Part shown: piece by piece, positions 39,071-54,778 of the stretch | Position numbering within the stretch: position 1 is the first letter of the stretch | How the letters are laid out: the number at the start of each line of letters is the position of its first letter | NCBI GenBank assembly: GCA_033762115.1 | Contig: JANRLX010000092.1 | Coordinates: 1 to 64,000, forward strand | Direction of reading: 5' to 3' | From: Verrucomicrobiota bacterium | Lineage (GTDB): Bacteria; Verrucomicrobiota; Verrucomicrobiia; Limisphaerales; SXQI01 | DNA length: 64,000 nucleotides | The notes under the pieces: model-generated | Told to the model about the DNA's origin: nothing | Database searches by the model: none | The model's input: only the letters and a program-made list of their open reading frames with translations | Translations under genes and position numbers: made by a program

Positions 39071-39187
39071 TCAAATTTCCCGGACTGTTTCCGGGAGAAT
39101 AAACGAAACATAAAGTAAATCGTCGGTTTGCAGGCTGTAAACTGAAACCGCTCATAGCCTTGGGCGACGACGAGACTGAAAGGAAAC

Positions 39188-39580
39188 ATGGCAGATATTG
39201 CAACATTAGTAGATCAGTTGAGCGGCTTGACCGTTTTGGAAACCGCAGACCTCGTAAAGCAACTCGAGTCCAAGTGGGGCGTGAGTGCAGCGGCTCCTGT
39301 CGCTGTCGCAGCAGCAGGTGGTGGCGGTGGCGGTGCAGCAGCAGCTCCTGCAGCTGAAGCCAAAACCGCTTTTGACGTGATCCTCGCTTCCGTTCCTGCG
39401 GACAAGAAGATCGCTGTCATCAAGGCAGTTCGCGAAGTCAAAGCTGGTCTCGGCCTGGCTGAAGCCAAAGCGCTTGTCGAAGGCGCACCAAAGCCCTTGC
39501 TTGAAGGCGCTAACAAAGCTGATTCTGACGCCGCCAAGAAGAAACTTGAGGAAGCTGGCGCCAAAGTTGAAATTAAGTAA
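39188..39580 (+). CDS. rplL: 50S ribosomal protein L7/L12
   Basis: [10 protein letters not shown] hinge, [19 protein letters not shown]. Confidence 0.98.
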   Translation: MADIATLVDQLSGLTVLETADLVKQLESKWGVSAAAPVAVAAAGGGGGGAAAAPAAEAKTAFDVILASVPADKKIAVIKAVREVKAGLGLAEAKALVEGAPKPLLEGANKADSDAAKKKLEEAGAKVEIK

Positions 39581-39597
39581 GAATCGATTATCATTGT

Positions 39598-39628
39598 GGG
39601 TGACGAGCCGGTCTCGTCACCCCAATTT
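39598..39628 (+). terminator. Hairpin (terminator/attenuator) between rplL and rpoB
   Basis: GGGTGACGAG-ccggt-CTCGTCACCC; only a weak U tail. Confidence 0.6.
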
Positions 39629-39802
39629 CACACAAAATTAGCCAAGAGTATTTAAAACGAGAGCACGCGCTATTCCCCAGTATTCATAGTATAATCTTGA
39701 ATTTCCCGGTGAAACTCTGTGAGGAACAGGGCGCCGGAGTTGTGTCGTTTGTAGCAAACCAGAAGGCAAGGTCTCGTGACCAAGCCACAGAAAGAGGTAA
39801 AA

Positions 39803-43618
<3,816 letters not shown>

Positions 43619-43662
43619 TCCGCAACCGAAACTTTAAGGCATTTGAGCCAACAGAATTAAGT

Positions 43663-46600
43663 ATGATTAACACCAGAGAATCCGCTCGTGAGTTGCTCGG
43701 GTTGGACAAGGTGAATCTTGTCGATTACGTGGCGATCTGTGTCGCTTCACCAGAAAACATCCGTTCCTGGTCGAAAGGCGAGGTCAAAAATCCTGAAACG
43801 ATCAACTACCGCACATTTAAACCGGAAAAGGGCGGTTTGTTTTGCGAGCGCATCTTCGGTCCTGTCAAGGACTGGGAATGCTCCTGCGGCAAGTATAAAC
43901 GCATCAAGCATCGTGGTGTCGTTTGCGACCGTTGCGGTGTCGAAGTCACTCTTTCCCGCGTCCGTCGCGAACGCATGGGCCATATCGAATTGGCCGTTCC
44001 CGTCACGCACATTTGGTTCTTCAAGTGCATGCCGTCACGTCTCGGCTTGATCCTGGATATGACCGCGCGGAATCTCGAACGCGTCATCTATTACGAGGAT
44101 TACCTCGTGATTGATCCGAAATCCACTCCGCTCAAGCAGCATCAGTTGCTCAGCGAAATGGAGTATCGCGAAGCCCGTGAAACTTACGGAGCTGATTCAT
44201 TCCTCGCCAAGATGGGTGCCGAAGCGGTCCGTGAAGCCCTTGCAAATGTTGATCTGCAAAAACAGGTGGATGCGTTGCAACAGGCCATGACCGAAACCAA
44301 GAGCAAACAAATCCGCAAGAAAATCGCCAAGCGGATCAAGTTGTTCCAGGGTTTCCTCAGTTCCAAAACCCGTCCGGAATGGATGATCCTCACGGTCCTG
44401 CCGGTCATTCCTCCTGACCTCCGCCCGTTGGTCCCGCTGGAAGGTGGCCGCTTTGCCACTTCCGACCTCAACGACCTTTACCGTCGTGTGATCAACCGCA
44501 ATAACCGGTTGAAAAACCTGCTCCAGCTGAAAACGCCGGAAGTCATCATTCGTAATGAAAAGCGAATGTTGCAGGAAGCTGTGGATGCTCTCTTTGATAA
44601 TGGCCGCCACGGTCGCGCAGTCACAGGCGCCGGCAATCGCCCGCTCAAATCCCTCAGCGACATGCTCAAGGGCAAGAGTGGCCGTTTCCGCCAGAACCTG
44701 CTCGGCAAACGCGTCGATTACTCAGGTCGTTCCGTCATCGTTATCGGTCCTGAACTGAAGCTGAACCAGTGCGGGTTGCCGAAGAAAATGGCGCTCGTCC
44801 TGTTCGAGCCATTCATCATTCGTCGCCTCAAGGAACTTGGTTACGTGCATACCGTGCGCTCAGCCAAAAAGATGATCGAGCGGCAATCTCCTGAAGTTTG
44901 GGACATCCTGGAGGAAGTCACCAAAGGTCACCCGGTCCTCCTGAACCGCGCTCCAACTCTCCATCGTTTGTCCATCCAGGCATTCGAGCCGGTCCTGATT
45001 GAAGGCGAAGCAATTCGTATTCACCCGCTGGTCTGTACTGCCTATAACGCGGACTTTGACGGCGACCAGATGGCAGTCCATGTCCCGCTCTCTGTCGAAT
45101 CGCAAATGGAAGCCCGCCTGCTGATGATGGCTTCCAACAATATCTTCAGCCCATCCAGCGGCAAGCCGATCATGACGCCGACTCAGGACATTACACTTGG
45201 CTGCTATTACCTCACGGCGAATCCACGCTCAATTGGCTACAAGGAAACCAGCTCACGCCTCAAATTATTTGGTTCCAAAGCAGAAGTCATCTTTGCTCAT
45301 TCCGATGGCGGCGTCCGGACTCACGAGAAAATCCTTCTCGCAAATCCTGACCTCGGAAAAGACACCGTTTATGGTGACAAGGAAAAAAAGATCATCGAAA
45401 CTACAGTCGGTCGCGTGATTTTCAGCGAAATCTGGCCAACTGAACTCGGTTTCCCCAATCGCGTTGTCGGCAAGGCGCAGATCGGTGACCTGATCTGGAA
45501 CTGCTACAAAAAATGTGGCCATGACCGGACGGTTGTCACCCTCGACAAACTGAAGGAACTCGGCTTCTACGAAGCCACCCGTGCAGGTGTTTCCATCGGT
45601 ATTGATGACATGATCATTCCGAAAGAGAAAATTCAGGAAATCGAAGGCGCTCAACGTCAGATCGCGGAAGTCGAAAAACAGTACCGCAAAGGTGTCATTA
45701 CCCCTGGCGAACGTTACAACAAGGTCATCGATATCTGGACTCATTGCACCGACCAGATCGCAAACGTCATGCTCAAGACGCTTGAATACAACCAGGGCAA
45801 GCGGGAATACAATCCTGTCTGGCTGATGGTCGATTCCGGCGCTCGCGGCAACCGCCAGCAGGTCCGTCAGTTGGCAGGTGTGCGCGGGTTGATGGCCAAG
45901 CCCTCCGGCGACATCATCGAAAAACCGATCTTATCGAATTTCCGCGAAGGCCTCACGGTGCTCGAGTACTTCATCTCCACTCACGGCGCTCGCAAAGGTC
46001 TCGCTGACACCGCCCTTAAAACTGCCGATTCCGGGTACATGACCCGCAAGCTGGTCGATGTCGCCCAGGACGTGATCATCCGTGAGGAGGATTGCGGCAC
46101 CACCAACGGCATCTGGGTCCAGGCCATCTACGAAGGTGAGGATGAAGTCGTCAAATTGTCGGAACGCCTCGTGGGACGTTACAGCTGTGATGACATCGTT
46201 GATCCGCTTGATCCAAAACGAAAACTCGTTCGTGCAAACGAGGAAATCGATGAAATCAAGGCCAAGGAAATCGATAAAAACGGCGTCGAACGTGCCCGTA
46301 TTCGTTCCGTGCTCACTTGCGAAAGCAAGAACGGTATTTGCATCGGCTGCTACGGTCGTAACCTTGCCACCGGCGGCAAAGTCAAGCTTGGCGAAGCGGT
46401 TGGCATTATTGCTGCCCAGTCCATTGGCGAACCCGGCACACAATTGACCATGCGTACATTCCACATCGGTGGAACCGCATCCCAGGTCTTCAAACAACCA
46501 CAGATTAAATCCAAGGTGGACGGCATCGTTCGTTACAACGAACTGCGCCTTGTCCAATTGGAGGATGGAAACAACATCGTTCTCAACAAGAACGGTTCCA

Positions 46601-47802
46601 TCTCCATCATGGCTGATGATGGTCGGGAATTGGAAACGCACAACATCGTCATCGGCTCAGTCATCTCCGTTAAGAATGGAGGGATGGTCAGGAAAGGCGA
46701 AACCTTCGTTCAATGGGACCCTTACAACGTGCCGATTCTCTCGGAAAAAGCCGGGGTGATCCAGTTCCACGACATCATCGAGGGTGTCACGATGAAACAG
46801 GAAGTCGATCCCGCCACCCAGCAGGAGGCGATGGTCATCATCGAGCACAAGGAAGATTTGCATCCGCAAATCATCATCGTGGATGATAAAGGCGAACCGT
46901 TGGCCAATTACCCCATTCCTTCCGGCGCTCACATTGTCGTCAATGAAGGGGACAAAATCGTCGCGGGAACGCTTATGGCCAAAACGCCTCGCAAGAGTTC
47001 CAAGACAAAGGACATTACCGGCGGTCTTCCCCGCGTGGCTGAGTTATTCGAAGCTCGCCGTCCGAAAGATGCCGCGGAAATCTCCAAGATCGATGGTGTC
47101 GTCGACTTCGGACCGAGCGTTCGTGGCAAACGCACCGTCCTGATCAAGGATCCCAACACCGGGCTGGAAGAGGAACACCTTATCCCGATCGGCAAGCACG
47201 TCATCGTTTTCAAGGGCGACTACGTCAAGAAAGGGCAACAGCTCACCGAAGGTCCGGTTGTCCCGCACGAAATTCTTGATGTCTGCGGACCTCAGGAACT
47301 TCAGGAGCATTTGGTCAACGAAGTGCAGGAAGTTTATCGTCTCCAGGGTGTGACGATTAATGACAAGCATATCGAAATCATCGTCCGCCAGATGTTGCGC
47401 AAGGTTCGCATTACAGAACCAGGCGATACTTCCTTCCTCTGGGGAGAACAGATCGACAAGATCGCTTTCGAGGAAGAGAACAATCGTGTCGAGAAGATGG
47501 GTGGCAAACCTGCCGAAGCACAACCGGTGCTGCTGGGTATCACGAAGGCATCACTCGAAACCGAAAGCTTCCTCAGTGCAGCTTCCTTCCAGGACACCAC
47601 TCGTGTCCTCACCGAAGCCGCAACCATGGGCAAAGTGGACGGCCTGCGAGGTTTCAAGGAAAATGTGATCATGGGTCACATTATCCCTGCTGGAACCGGC
47701 TACGACTTCCACCGCAAAGTCTCTCTCAAACCATTGGTTGAAGAAATCCCGATGGAAGAAGATGCAGCCAACCCGCTTTTAAGTGAGCCTTTGGCTGGCT
47801 AA
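43663..47802 (+). CDS. rpoC: RNA polymerase beta' subunit
   Basis: CSCGKY..CDRCG zinc finger, NADFDGD active site, [16 protein letters not shown]. Confidence 0.99.
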   Translation: MINTRESARELLGLDKVNLVDYVAICVASPENIRSWSKGEVKNPETINYRTFKPEKGGLFCERIFGPVKDWECSCGKYKRIKHRGVVCDRCGVEVTLSRVRRERMGHIELAVPVTHIWFFKCMPSRLGLILDMTARNLERVIYYEDYLVIDPKSTPLKQHQLLSEMEYREARETYGADSFLAKMGAEAVREALANVDLQKQVDALQQAMTETKSKQIRKKIAKRIKLFQGFLSSKTRPEWMILTVLPVIPPDLRPLVPLEGGRFATSDLNDLYRRVINRNNRLKNLLQLKTPEVIIRNEKRMLQEAVDALFDNGRHGRAVTGAGNRPLKSLSDMLKGKSGRFRQNLLGKRVDYSGRSVIVIGPELKLNQCGLPKKMALVLFEPFIIRRLKELGYVHTVRSAKKMIERQSPEVWDILEEVTKGHPVLLNRAPTLHRLSIQAFEPVLIEGEAIRIHPLVCTAYNADFDGDQMAVHVPLSVESQMEARLLMMASNNIFSPSSGKPIMTPTQDITLGCYYLTANPRSIGYKETSSRLKLFGSKAEVIFAHSDGGVRTHEKILLANPDLGKDTVYGDKEKKIIETTVGRVIFSEIWPTELGFPNRVVGKAQIGDLIWNCYKKCGHDRTVVTLDKLKELGFYEATRAGVSIGIDDMIIPKEKIQEIEGAQRQIAEVEKQYRKGVITPGERYNKVIDIWTHCTDQIANVMLKTLEYNQGKREYNPVWLMVDSGARGNRQQVRQLAGVRGLMAKPSGDIIEKPILSNFREGLTVLEYFISTHGARKGLADTALKTADSGYMTRKLVDVAQDVIIREEDCGTTNGIWVQAIYEGEDEVVKLSERLVGRYSCDDIVDPLDPKRKLVRANEEIDEIKAKEIDKNGVERARIRSVLTCESKNGICIGCYGRNLATGGKVKLGEAVGIIAAQSIGEPGTQLTMRTFHIGGTASQVFKQPQIKSKVDGIVRYNELRLVQLEDGNNIVLNKNGSISIMADDGRELETHNIVIGSVISVKNGGMVRKGETFVQWDPYNVPILSEKAGVIQFHDIIEGVTMKQEVDPATQQEAMVIIEHKEDLHPQIIIVDDKGEPLANYPIPSGAHIVVNEGDKIVAGTLMAKTPRKSSKTKDITGGLPRVAELFEARRPKDAAEISKIDGVVDFGPSVRGKRTVLIKDPNTGLEEEHLIPIGKHVIVFKGDYVKKGQQLTEGPVVPHEILDVCGPQELQEHLVNEVQEVYRLQGVTINDKHIEIIVRQMLRKVRITEPGDTSFLWGEQIDKIAFEEENNRVEKMGGKPAEAQPVLLGITKASLETESFLSAASFQDTTRVLTEAATMGKVDGLRGFKENVIMGHIIPAGTGYDFHRKVSLKPLVEEIPMEEDAANPLLSEPLAG

Positions 47803-47818
47803 ATAAACCTTTGAACAC

Positions 47819-47855
47819 AGCCGGAGTTGGGCAACCGACTCCGGCTTTTTCTTTT
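47819..47855 (+). terminator. Intrinsic terminator after rpoC
   Basis: AGCCGGAGTTGG-gcaa-CCGACTCCGGCT followed by a T-rich tail. Confidence 0.9.
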
Positions 47856-47932
47856 CAATGTTGCAGGTAAAAAAATTCCATCCTGCCCAAAAAGGAGCAG
47901 CCGAATCAAGGAAAGGGGGCGGAAGAAATTGC

Positions 47933-48133
47933 TTACCGGGACGAAGTTTGCCGTCTTTTTGGCTGTGGCTGTTCAAGCGGGACCATCTCCATCGCAGGAA
48001 CCTGATGCTGCATACAGAACTGAACCAGGCTCAAACCATTCTGAAAAACCGCAGCTTCGCGGGCTTTTTTTGTCCAAATACCCAAATTTTTCAGGTACTC
48101 ACCAGTAACCTTGTTCTTGATTATCCATTTCAT
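47933..48133 (-). CDS. Small hypothetical protein (66 aa)
   Basis: MKWIIKNKVTGEYLKNLGIWT..A..F...VQFC; fills the gap between the rpoC terminator and the GNAT gene. Confidence 0.5.
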   Translation of the reverse strand: MKWIIKNKVTGEYLKNLGIWTKKAREAAVFQNGLSLVQFCMQHQVPAMEMVPLEQPQPKRRQTSSR

Positions 48134-48260
48134 ACATTCCAAAAGCCACTTGGGGTGGCTTGCAATTTTACACAAAGCCTTTTTTATGCCACCCGCTTGA
48201 ATAATTCAGGAGTTCGCTTTTTAGTTGCAAAACATCCTCCCCTCCGTCCTAAAACAGGTC

Positions 48261-48806
48261 ATGGAATGGCTGCCACGCCTCGCAACAATGAATGATGTCC
48301 CTGCGTTGGAATTGTTGGTTCCGCTTTCTGTCAAAAAATTGCATGCCCCTTACTACTCAGTTGATCAGATCAATGCCGCTCTCGGACCTGTCTTCGGAGT
48401 GGATCGCCAGTTGATTGCAGATGAAACCTATTTCGTTATCGAGCAAGGCCGTCAGATCGTGGGTTGTGGTGGCTGGAGCAGAAGAAAATCCCTTTTCGGC
48501 TCTGATTTAGGAAGAACCTTTGAGGACAATTACCTTATTCCCGACATTGACCCGGCACGTATCCGCGCTTTTTTTGTGCATCCGGAATTCTCCAGAAAAG
48601 GGATCGGCCGCGCCATCCTTCGAACCTGCGAGAAAGCTGTCCGCCAGGCCGGATTCCATCGAATTGAGCTGGTTGCCACACTTGCGGGCGAGCCTCTTTA
48701 CCTTTCCGAAGGCTACGAAATCCTGGAGCGATATGATATCCCCCTCTCAAACGGACTCGGGTTGCCTGCAGTTCGAATGGGTAAGTTATTAAAAAAATTC
48801 GAATGA
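48261..48806 (+). CDS. GNAT-family N-acetyltransferase
   Basis: IVGCGGW, FFVHPEFSRKGIG acetyl-CoA motif, ATLAGEPLY. Confidence 0.9.
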   Translation: MEWLPRLATMNDVPALELLVPLSVKKLHAPYYSVDQINAALGPVFGVDRQLIADETYFVIEQGRQIVGCGGWSRRKSLFGSDLGRTFEDNYLIPDIDPARIRAFFVHPEFSRKGIGRAILRTCEKAVRQAGFHRIELVATLAGEPLYLSEGYEILERYDIPLSNGLGLPAVRMGKLLKKFE

Positions 48807-48876
48807 ACTTTTTGAGAAATCAAACTCCTTCGTTTTGATAGACAAGTAGGACTCAGTTTTTCATACTCATCCTCTT

Positions 48877-49812
48877 ATGGCGAAACCAGCGCTAGGTCGT
48901 GGATTAGGGGCCTTGATGGGTGGTGCAGCCCCCGTAGGGCGGCCCCCAGCGGCCCCTTCTTTGGCGCCTGTTTCCAAAACCACACCCGAAACAGCAGCTT
49001 CTCCTCCCCCTGCGGCTGATTCGATCCTGCGGGTGCCTGTTGTACTGGTCAAACCATGTGCATTCCAGCCTCGAAAGGATTTCTCCGAAGAATCACTCCG
49101 CGAACTGGCTGATTCGATCAGGGCAGAAGGCATTCTTCAGCCATTGATCGTCCGTTCTCGCAACGGAATTTATGAATTGATCGCGGGTGAACGGCGCTGG
49201 CGGGCCGCGCAAATGGCAGGAATTCCCGAACTGCCGGTGATTGTCCGTGAAGCTGATGATCGTCAGCTTCTGCAACTCGCGTTGATCGAAAATCTTCAAC
49301 GCGAAAACCTTAATCCCATCGAAGAAGCCCTGGGATATTCCGACTTGATCCGCCAGTTCAAATTTACCCAGGAAGAGGTCGCCTTGAAAGTTGGCAAAAG
49401 CCGTGTGGCGGTGGCAAATGCTCTTCGTCTCATCAACCTGGATCCCGAGGTGCAATCGTTCCTGAAGAGCGGCTTGATCACGGTCGGTCATGCCAAGGCG
49501 ATTCTCGGAATTTCAAATGTTTCCGAGCAAAAGGTGGTGGCAAACCGTGTCATTCGAGAGCAGTTAAACGTGCGACAGACCGAGGAGCTTGTGGCCAATC
49601 TACAGAAAGAGGCGGCGCCCGGTCAAAAAAACAAAATCGGCAACAGCTCACCGGATGTGCATATAGCGGCCCTGCAAACCCGTCTTCAGGAAAAGCTCGG
49701 CACCAAAGTATTGCTTCGCTATCGCAAAGGAAAAGGCGCTGTTGAAATTCGTTTTTTCAGTGATGACGATCTTGACCGAGTCCTGGAATCCCTCGGCGTG
49801 AAAATGGAGTAA
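48877..49812 (+). CDS. parB: Chromosome partitioning protein ParB/Spo0J
   Basis: ALGRGLGAL, QPRKDF, LIAGERRWRA, ENLQRENL, HTH KSRVAVANALRL. Confidence 0.95.
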   Translation: MAKPALGRGLGALMGGAAPVGRPPAAPSLAPVSKTTPETAASPPPAADSILRVPVVLVKPCAFQPRKDFSEESLRELADSIRAEGILQPLIVRSRNGIYELIAGERRWRAAQMAGIPELPVIVREADDRQLLQLALIENLQRENLNPIEEALGYSDLIRQFKFTQEEVALKVGKSRVAVANALRLINLDPEVQSFLKSGLITVGHAKAILGISNVSEQKVVANRVIREQLNVRQTEELVANLQKEAAPGQKNKIGNSSPDVHIAALQTRLQEKLGTKVLLRYRKGKGAVEIRFFSDDDLDRVLESLGVKME

Positions 49813-49816
49813 TTTC

Positions 49817-50935
49817 ATGAATACACCTGAATTTCGGCGACAAACCGCTGCAATCCTTCGACAATCGTTTGAAAAAGCCTCGGCCTTTCGGGCTTTTGTC
49901 GGCCTGGATGGATTTGTCGATGAAATCATTCATGCAGTCGGCACCCGCCAAAGCTTTGATCAGTATGAGCGCCTTCCAACCCTCACCAGCATGGGTGACC
50001 GGATCCGGGAGGCAGCCGGGCGCAGCACCAACATCGAACTTGTCAATCAGCGCACCAAACTCGGAGGCAATGGTCCGATCATGGCCAATGCTCTGGCCTC
50101 CTTTGGGTTAAAAGTTACCTATCTGGGGGCCCTCGGCTACCCTCAAATTCACCCGGTTTTTCAGCAGTTCGCCCAAAAAGCCGAACTTTTTTCGATTGCT
50201 GACTCTGGTCATACTGATGCCATTGAATTCGAAGATGGCAAACTCATGCTGGTTAAAAGTTCACCTCTTGACCAGATCACCTGGGCGAATATTCAAACTC
50301 GCTTCGGTCGTGAGCCGTTCCAAAATTATTTCAGTCGTGCGGACCTGGTCGGTTTTGTGAACTGGACCATGATCCCGTTCATGAGTGATTTCTGGGAATC
50401 CCTGCAAACGGAACTGTGTCCTCTATTAACAGGGCCGCGCCGCAAAATATTTTTTGACCTGGCTGATCCGCAGAAACGTCCAGCCACTGACATTGCCCGT
50501 GCTCTTAATTTGATCACGGGCTTTCAGGAATACTTTGACGTGATCCTTGGCCTCAATGAAAAGGAGGCTTTTGAAGTGGGTGAAGTCATGGGATTGCATC
50601 AGAAATCCAATGACCGACAGGCGCTCTCGGAACTTGCCCGGGAGATTTACTGTCGATTGAAGATCGATACCCTGGTGGTGCATCCGGTCACTTACGCGCT
50701 GGCGGTCACTGATGGAACTGTTTCCCTCATTGACGGGCCAAAAATTCTTCGTCCCTTCATTACCACCGGGGCAGGGGACCATTTCAACTCCGGTTTCTGC
50801 CTGGGTAAATTGCTTGGCCTGTCGAATAGCGAATCGTTGCTCTGTGGCGTGACCACAAGTGGCTACTATGTGCGCAGTGGCATTTCTCCAGGCATGGATG
50901 AAATTGCCGGAATGATGCTGGATTGGCCGGTTTGA
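49817..50935 (+). CDS. PfkB/ribokinase-fold carbohydrate kinase-like protein
   Basis: KLGGNGPIMA, NEKEA, TTGAGDHFNSGF signature. Confidence 0.8.
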   Translation: MNTPEFRRQTAAILRQSFEKASAFRAFVGLDGFVDEIIHAVGTRQSFDQYERLPTLTSMGDRIREAAGRSTNIELVNQRTKLGGNGPIMANALASFGLKVTYLGALGYPQIHPVFQQFAQKAELFSIADSGHTDAIEFEDGKLMLVKSSPLDQITWANIQTRFGREPFQNYFSRADLVGFVNWTMIPFMSDFWESLQTELCPLLTGPRRKIFFDLADPQKRPATDIARALNLITGFQEYFDVILGLNEKEAFEVGEVMGLHQKSNDRQALSELAREIYCRLKIDTLVVHPVTYALAVTDGTVSLIDGPKILRPFITTGAGDHFNSGFCLGKLLGLSNSESLLCGVTTSGYYVRSGISPGMDEIAGMMLDWPV

Positions 50936-50937
50936 TT

Positions 50938-51510
50938 ATGCTGCTTGAGATTGTTAAATACGGAGACCCTGTCCTGCGCCAGAAAGGGGCAAAGATCGAT
51001 AAAATCACGCCTGAAATTCAGCAATTGGTTCAGGATATGATTGCCACGATGTATGCTGCGCATGGAGTGGGCCTGGCGGCACAACAGATTGGAAAAGCCC
51101 TCCAGGTTTGTGTCATTGATGTCAAGGGAGTGACTGACCGCCCTTCAACCATGGCAATCAACGAAGAACCTGTGGACCTCGAGCAGTTCATGCCAATGGT
51201 CCTGATCAATCCCGAGTTCAAGCCGTTGGGCGATTCCGTTGCCGGCCCGGAGGGTTGCCTGAGTTTCCCGGAAATTTACAGCGATATTGTCCGGCCTGAA
51301 ACCATAGAAGTCTCGGCTTTGAATGAGTCAGGAGAATCGTTGCAATTCCGCTGCGGCGGCCTGCTTGCCCGTGCCATTCAACATGAGTACGATCACCTCC
51401 AGGGAATTCTTTTCATCGATCGCATGGCTCGCAAGGACAAGGAGGAGTTGAAGCCGGAGATTGAGGCATTGCAACGCGAAACCAGGGAACGGCTGCAAAA
51501 ACGCCGTTAA
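50938..51510 (+). CDS. def: Peptide deformylase
   Basis: [22 protein letters not shown]. Confidence 0.97.
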   Translation: MLLEIVKYGDPVLRQKGAKIDKITPEIQQLVQDMIATMYAAHGVGLAAQQIGKALQVCVIDVKGVTDRPSTMAINEEPVDLEQFMPMVLINPEFKPLGDSVAGPEGCLSFPEIYSDIVRPETIEVSALNESGESLQFRCGGLLARAIQHEYDHLQGILFIDRMARKDKEELKPEIEALQRETRERLQKRR

Positions 51511-52244
51511 AGCCCTCCAAACCGGCGATGCCGCCGGGTATATTCCTCCAGCGCGGTGTAAAGCTGCGCTTTCCGGAAATCAGGCCATAATGTCGGTGTG
51601 ACGACAAATTCCGTGTAGGAAATCTGCCAGAGAAGAAAATTGCTCACTCGCAGTTCACCGCTGGTGCGAATCAGCAAATCCGGGTCCGGCCAGGCATGTG
51701 TGTAAAGATGCTGGGTAATGACCTGCTCCGTAATCTCAGCCGGGTCCAGTTTCCCTTCCTTCACCTTGGAGGCAATGTTTCGCGCTGCTTCGACAATTTC
51801 GGTGCGCCCCCCATAGCTCAAGGCCAGGATCAATGTAAGGCCATTGTTTTTTGAAAGGGCCGCCCTCGTTTTTTCAAGCTGTTCCTGGACAAACTCCGGC
51901 AATCGATAGATCTGGCCGATCACTTCCAGCCGCACGTTGCTTTTGTTTAACTCGCCAATCTCATTTTTGAGATAGCGGGCCAAATATTTCATTAGCGTGT
52001 CCACTTCATCCTTCGGTCGATTCCAGTTCTCGACCGAAAAGGCGTATAATGTGAGATATTTGATTCCCAGTTCTCCACAGGCGCGTACCACGGCCCGGAC
52101 CGATTCCACGCCCATTCGGTGACCTTCCACCCGTGGGAGGTGTCGCTCCTTGGCCCAGCGCCCGTTGCCATCCATGATGATTGCCACATGTGCTGGCAGG
52201 GTTGCCCTGGCTTCGGCGCTCAGTTGGGGAGCGGCTGCGGTCAA
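51507..52244 (-). CDS. uppS: Undecaprenyl diphosphate synthase (cis-prenyltransferase)
   Basis: [41 protein letters not shown] 52244 just after the purA stop. Confidence 0.95.
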   Translation of the reverse strand: MTAAAPQLSAEARATLPAHVAIIMDGNGRWAKERHLPRVEGHRMGVESVRAVVRACGELGIKYLTLYAFSVENWNRPKDEVDTLMKYLARYLKNEIGELNKSNVRLEVIGQIYRLPEFVQEQLEKTRAALSKNNGLTLILALSYGGRTEIVEAARNIASKVKEGKLDPAEITEQVITQHLYTHAWPDPDLLIRTSGELRVSNFLLWQISYTEFVVTPTLWPDFRKAQLYTALEEYTRRHRRFGGL

Positions 52245-52248
52245 GAGA

Positions 52249-53622
<1,374 letters not shown>

Positions 53623-53635
53623 CGCGGTTTTTTCC

Positions 53636-54775
53636 TCAGTTTCTGAGCCGTTTGATCACAATCGGGAGCAGTTCCGCAACCCGTTCAACCTCGGTACGGG
53701 TATTCTCCCGTCCCAGGGAAAATCGAACAAGCGCATTTGCCAGATGCCGGGGATATCCCATCGCGCTCACCACATGAGAGGGTTCAAGCGAACCTGCCGA
53801 ACAGGCCGATCCGCTCGAGGCGCACACCCCTTCCAAATCCAGGCCAGCCATTAAGGCAATGCTGTCACACCCCTCCACCAGAAAGGAAAGTGTGTTCGCC
53901 AAACCCGATTTATTCGAGCTGATCACCTGGGTTCCGGGAACACTTTCCGTGGCCTCACGCAATTGCTCTGCAAACTTCCGCAACCGCTCGGCGGGAAAGA
54001 CAGGATCGCGCACAAATTGTTCAAGGGCCATGGTCAACCCAAGAATGGCCGCCAGGTTTTCCGTTCCCGCGCGACGTTCGTTCTCATGTCCGCCGCCAAA
54101 AAGGAGTGGATGAGGGAGCAGGGGAGATTTGATGAAAAGAGCGCCTGCTCCTTTTGGCCCATGGAACTTATGAGCGCAAACCGTCACGAGGTCCGCATTG
54201 AATTGGCAAATCGAAGCGAACGGTTCCTTTCCGAAAAATTGGGAGGCATCCGTATGAAACAAAACTCCCTTTTGCCGGCAGATCGCGCCGATTTCAGGGA
54301 CGGGCTGGATCATCCCTGTTTCATTGTTTGCAGCCATTACTGAAACCAGGATTGTCTCCTTGCGAATCGATTCTGCCACCTGCACAGGGTCCACCCGGCC
54401 ATTGGCATCAACATTCAAATAGGTGACATCAAATCCATTCCGGGCCAGGTATTGGAAGCAGTGCAGGACTGAATGATGCTCGGTGGGGGAGGTGATCAAA
54501 TGCCGTCCGCGTCCTTCAAGCAGTCGAACCACGCCGAAGATTGCCAGGTTATTTGACTCCGTTCCGCCACTCGTGAAGACCACTTCACTGGCCTTGCTTC
54601 CGAGGACCCTTGCGCAACGTTCACGCGCCGAATCAAGTGCGACCCTGGCATCTCTTCCCAGCTGATGAACGCTGGAGGGATTTCCAAAAATCGTGTCCAG
54701 GTACGGGATCATTGCCTCCTTGACGCCGCGATCAAGCGGAGTGGTGGCATTGTAATCGAAGTAAATCGGTTGCAC
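53636..54775 (-). CDS. Cysteine desulfurase (IscS/NifS family)
   Basis: YFDYNATTP, FTSGGTESNN, AHKFHGPKG (PLP Lys), SSGSACS. Confidence 0.95.
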   Translation of the reverse strand: MQPIYFDYNATTPLDRGVKEAMIPYLDTIFGNPSSVHQLGRDARVALDSARERCARVLGSKASEVVFTSGGTESNNLAIFGVVRLLEGRGRHLITSPTEHHSVLHCFQYLARNGFDVTYLNVDANGRVDPVQVAESIRKETILVSVMAANNETGMIQPVPEIGAICRQKGVLFHTDASQFFGKEPFASICQFNADLVTVCAHKFHGPKGAGALFIKSPLLPHPLLFGGGHENERRAGTENLAAILGLTMALEQFVRDPVFPAERLRKFAEQLREATESVPGTQVISSNKSGLANTLSFLVEGCDSIALMAGLDLEGVCASSGSACSAGSLEPSHVVSAMGYPRHLANALVRFSLGRENTRTEVERVAELLPIVIKRLRN

Positions 54776-54778
54776 GGG

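Noticed and set aside
47858..48295. 145-aa plus-strand ORF after rpoC
   Set aside because: It starts right after a strong terminator, overlaps the GNAT start and the better-looking minus-strand small ORF, and has no protein-like motifs.
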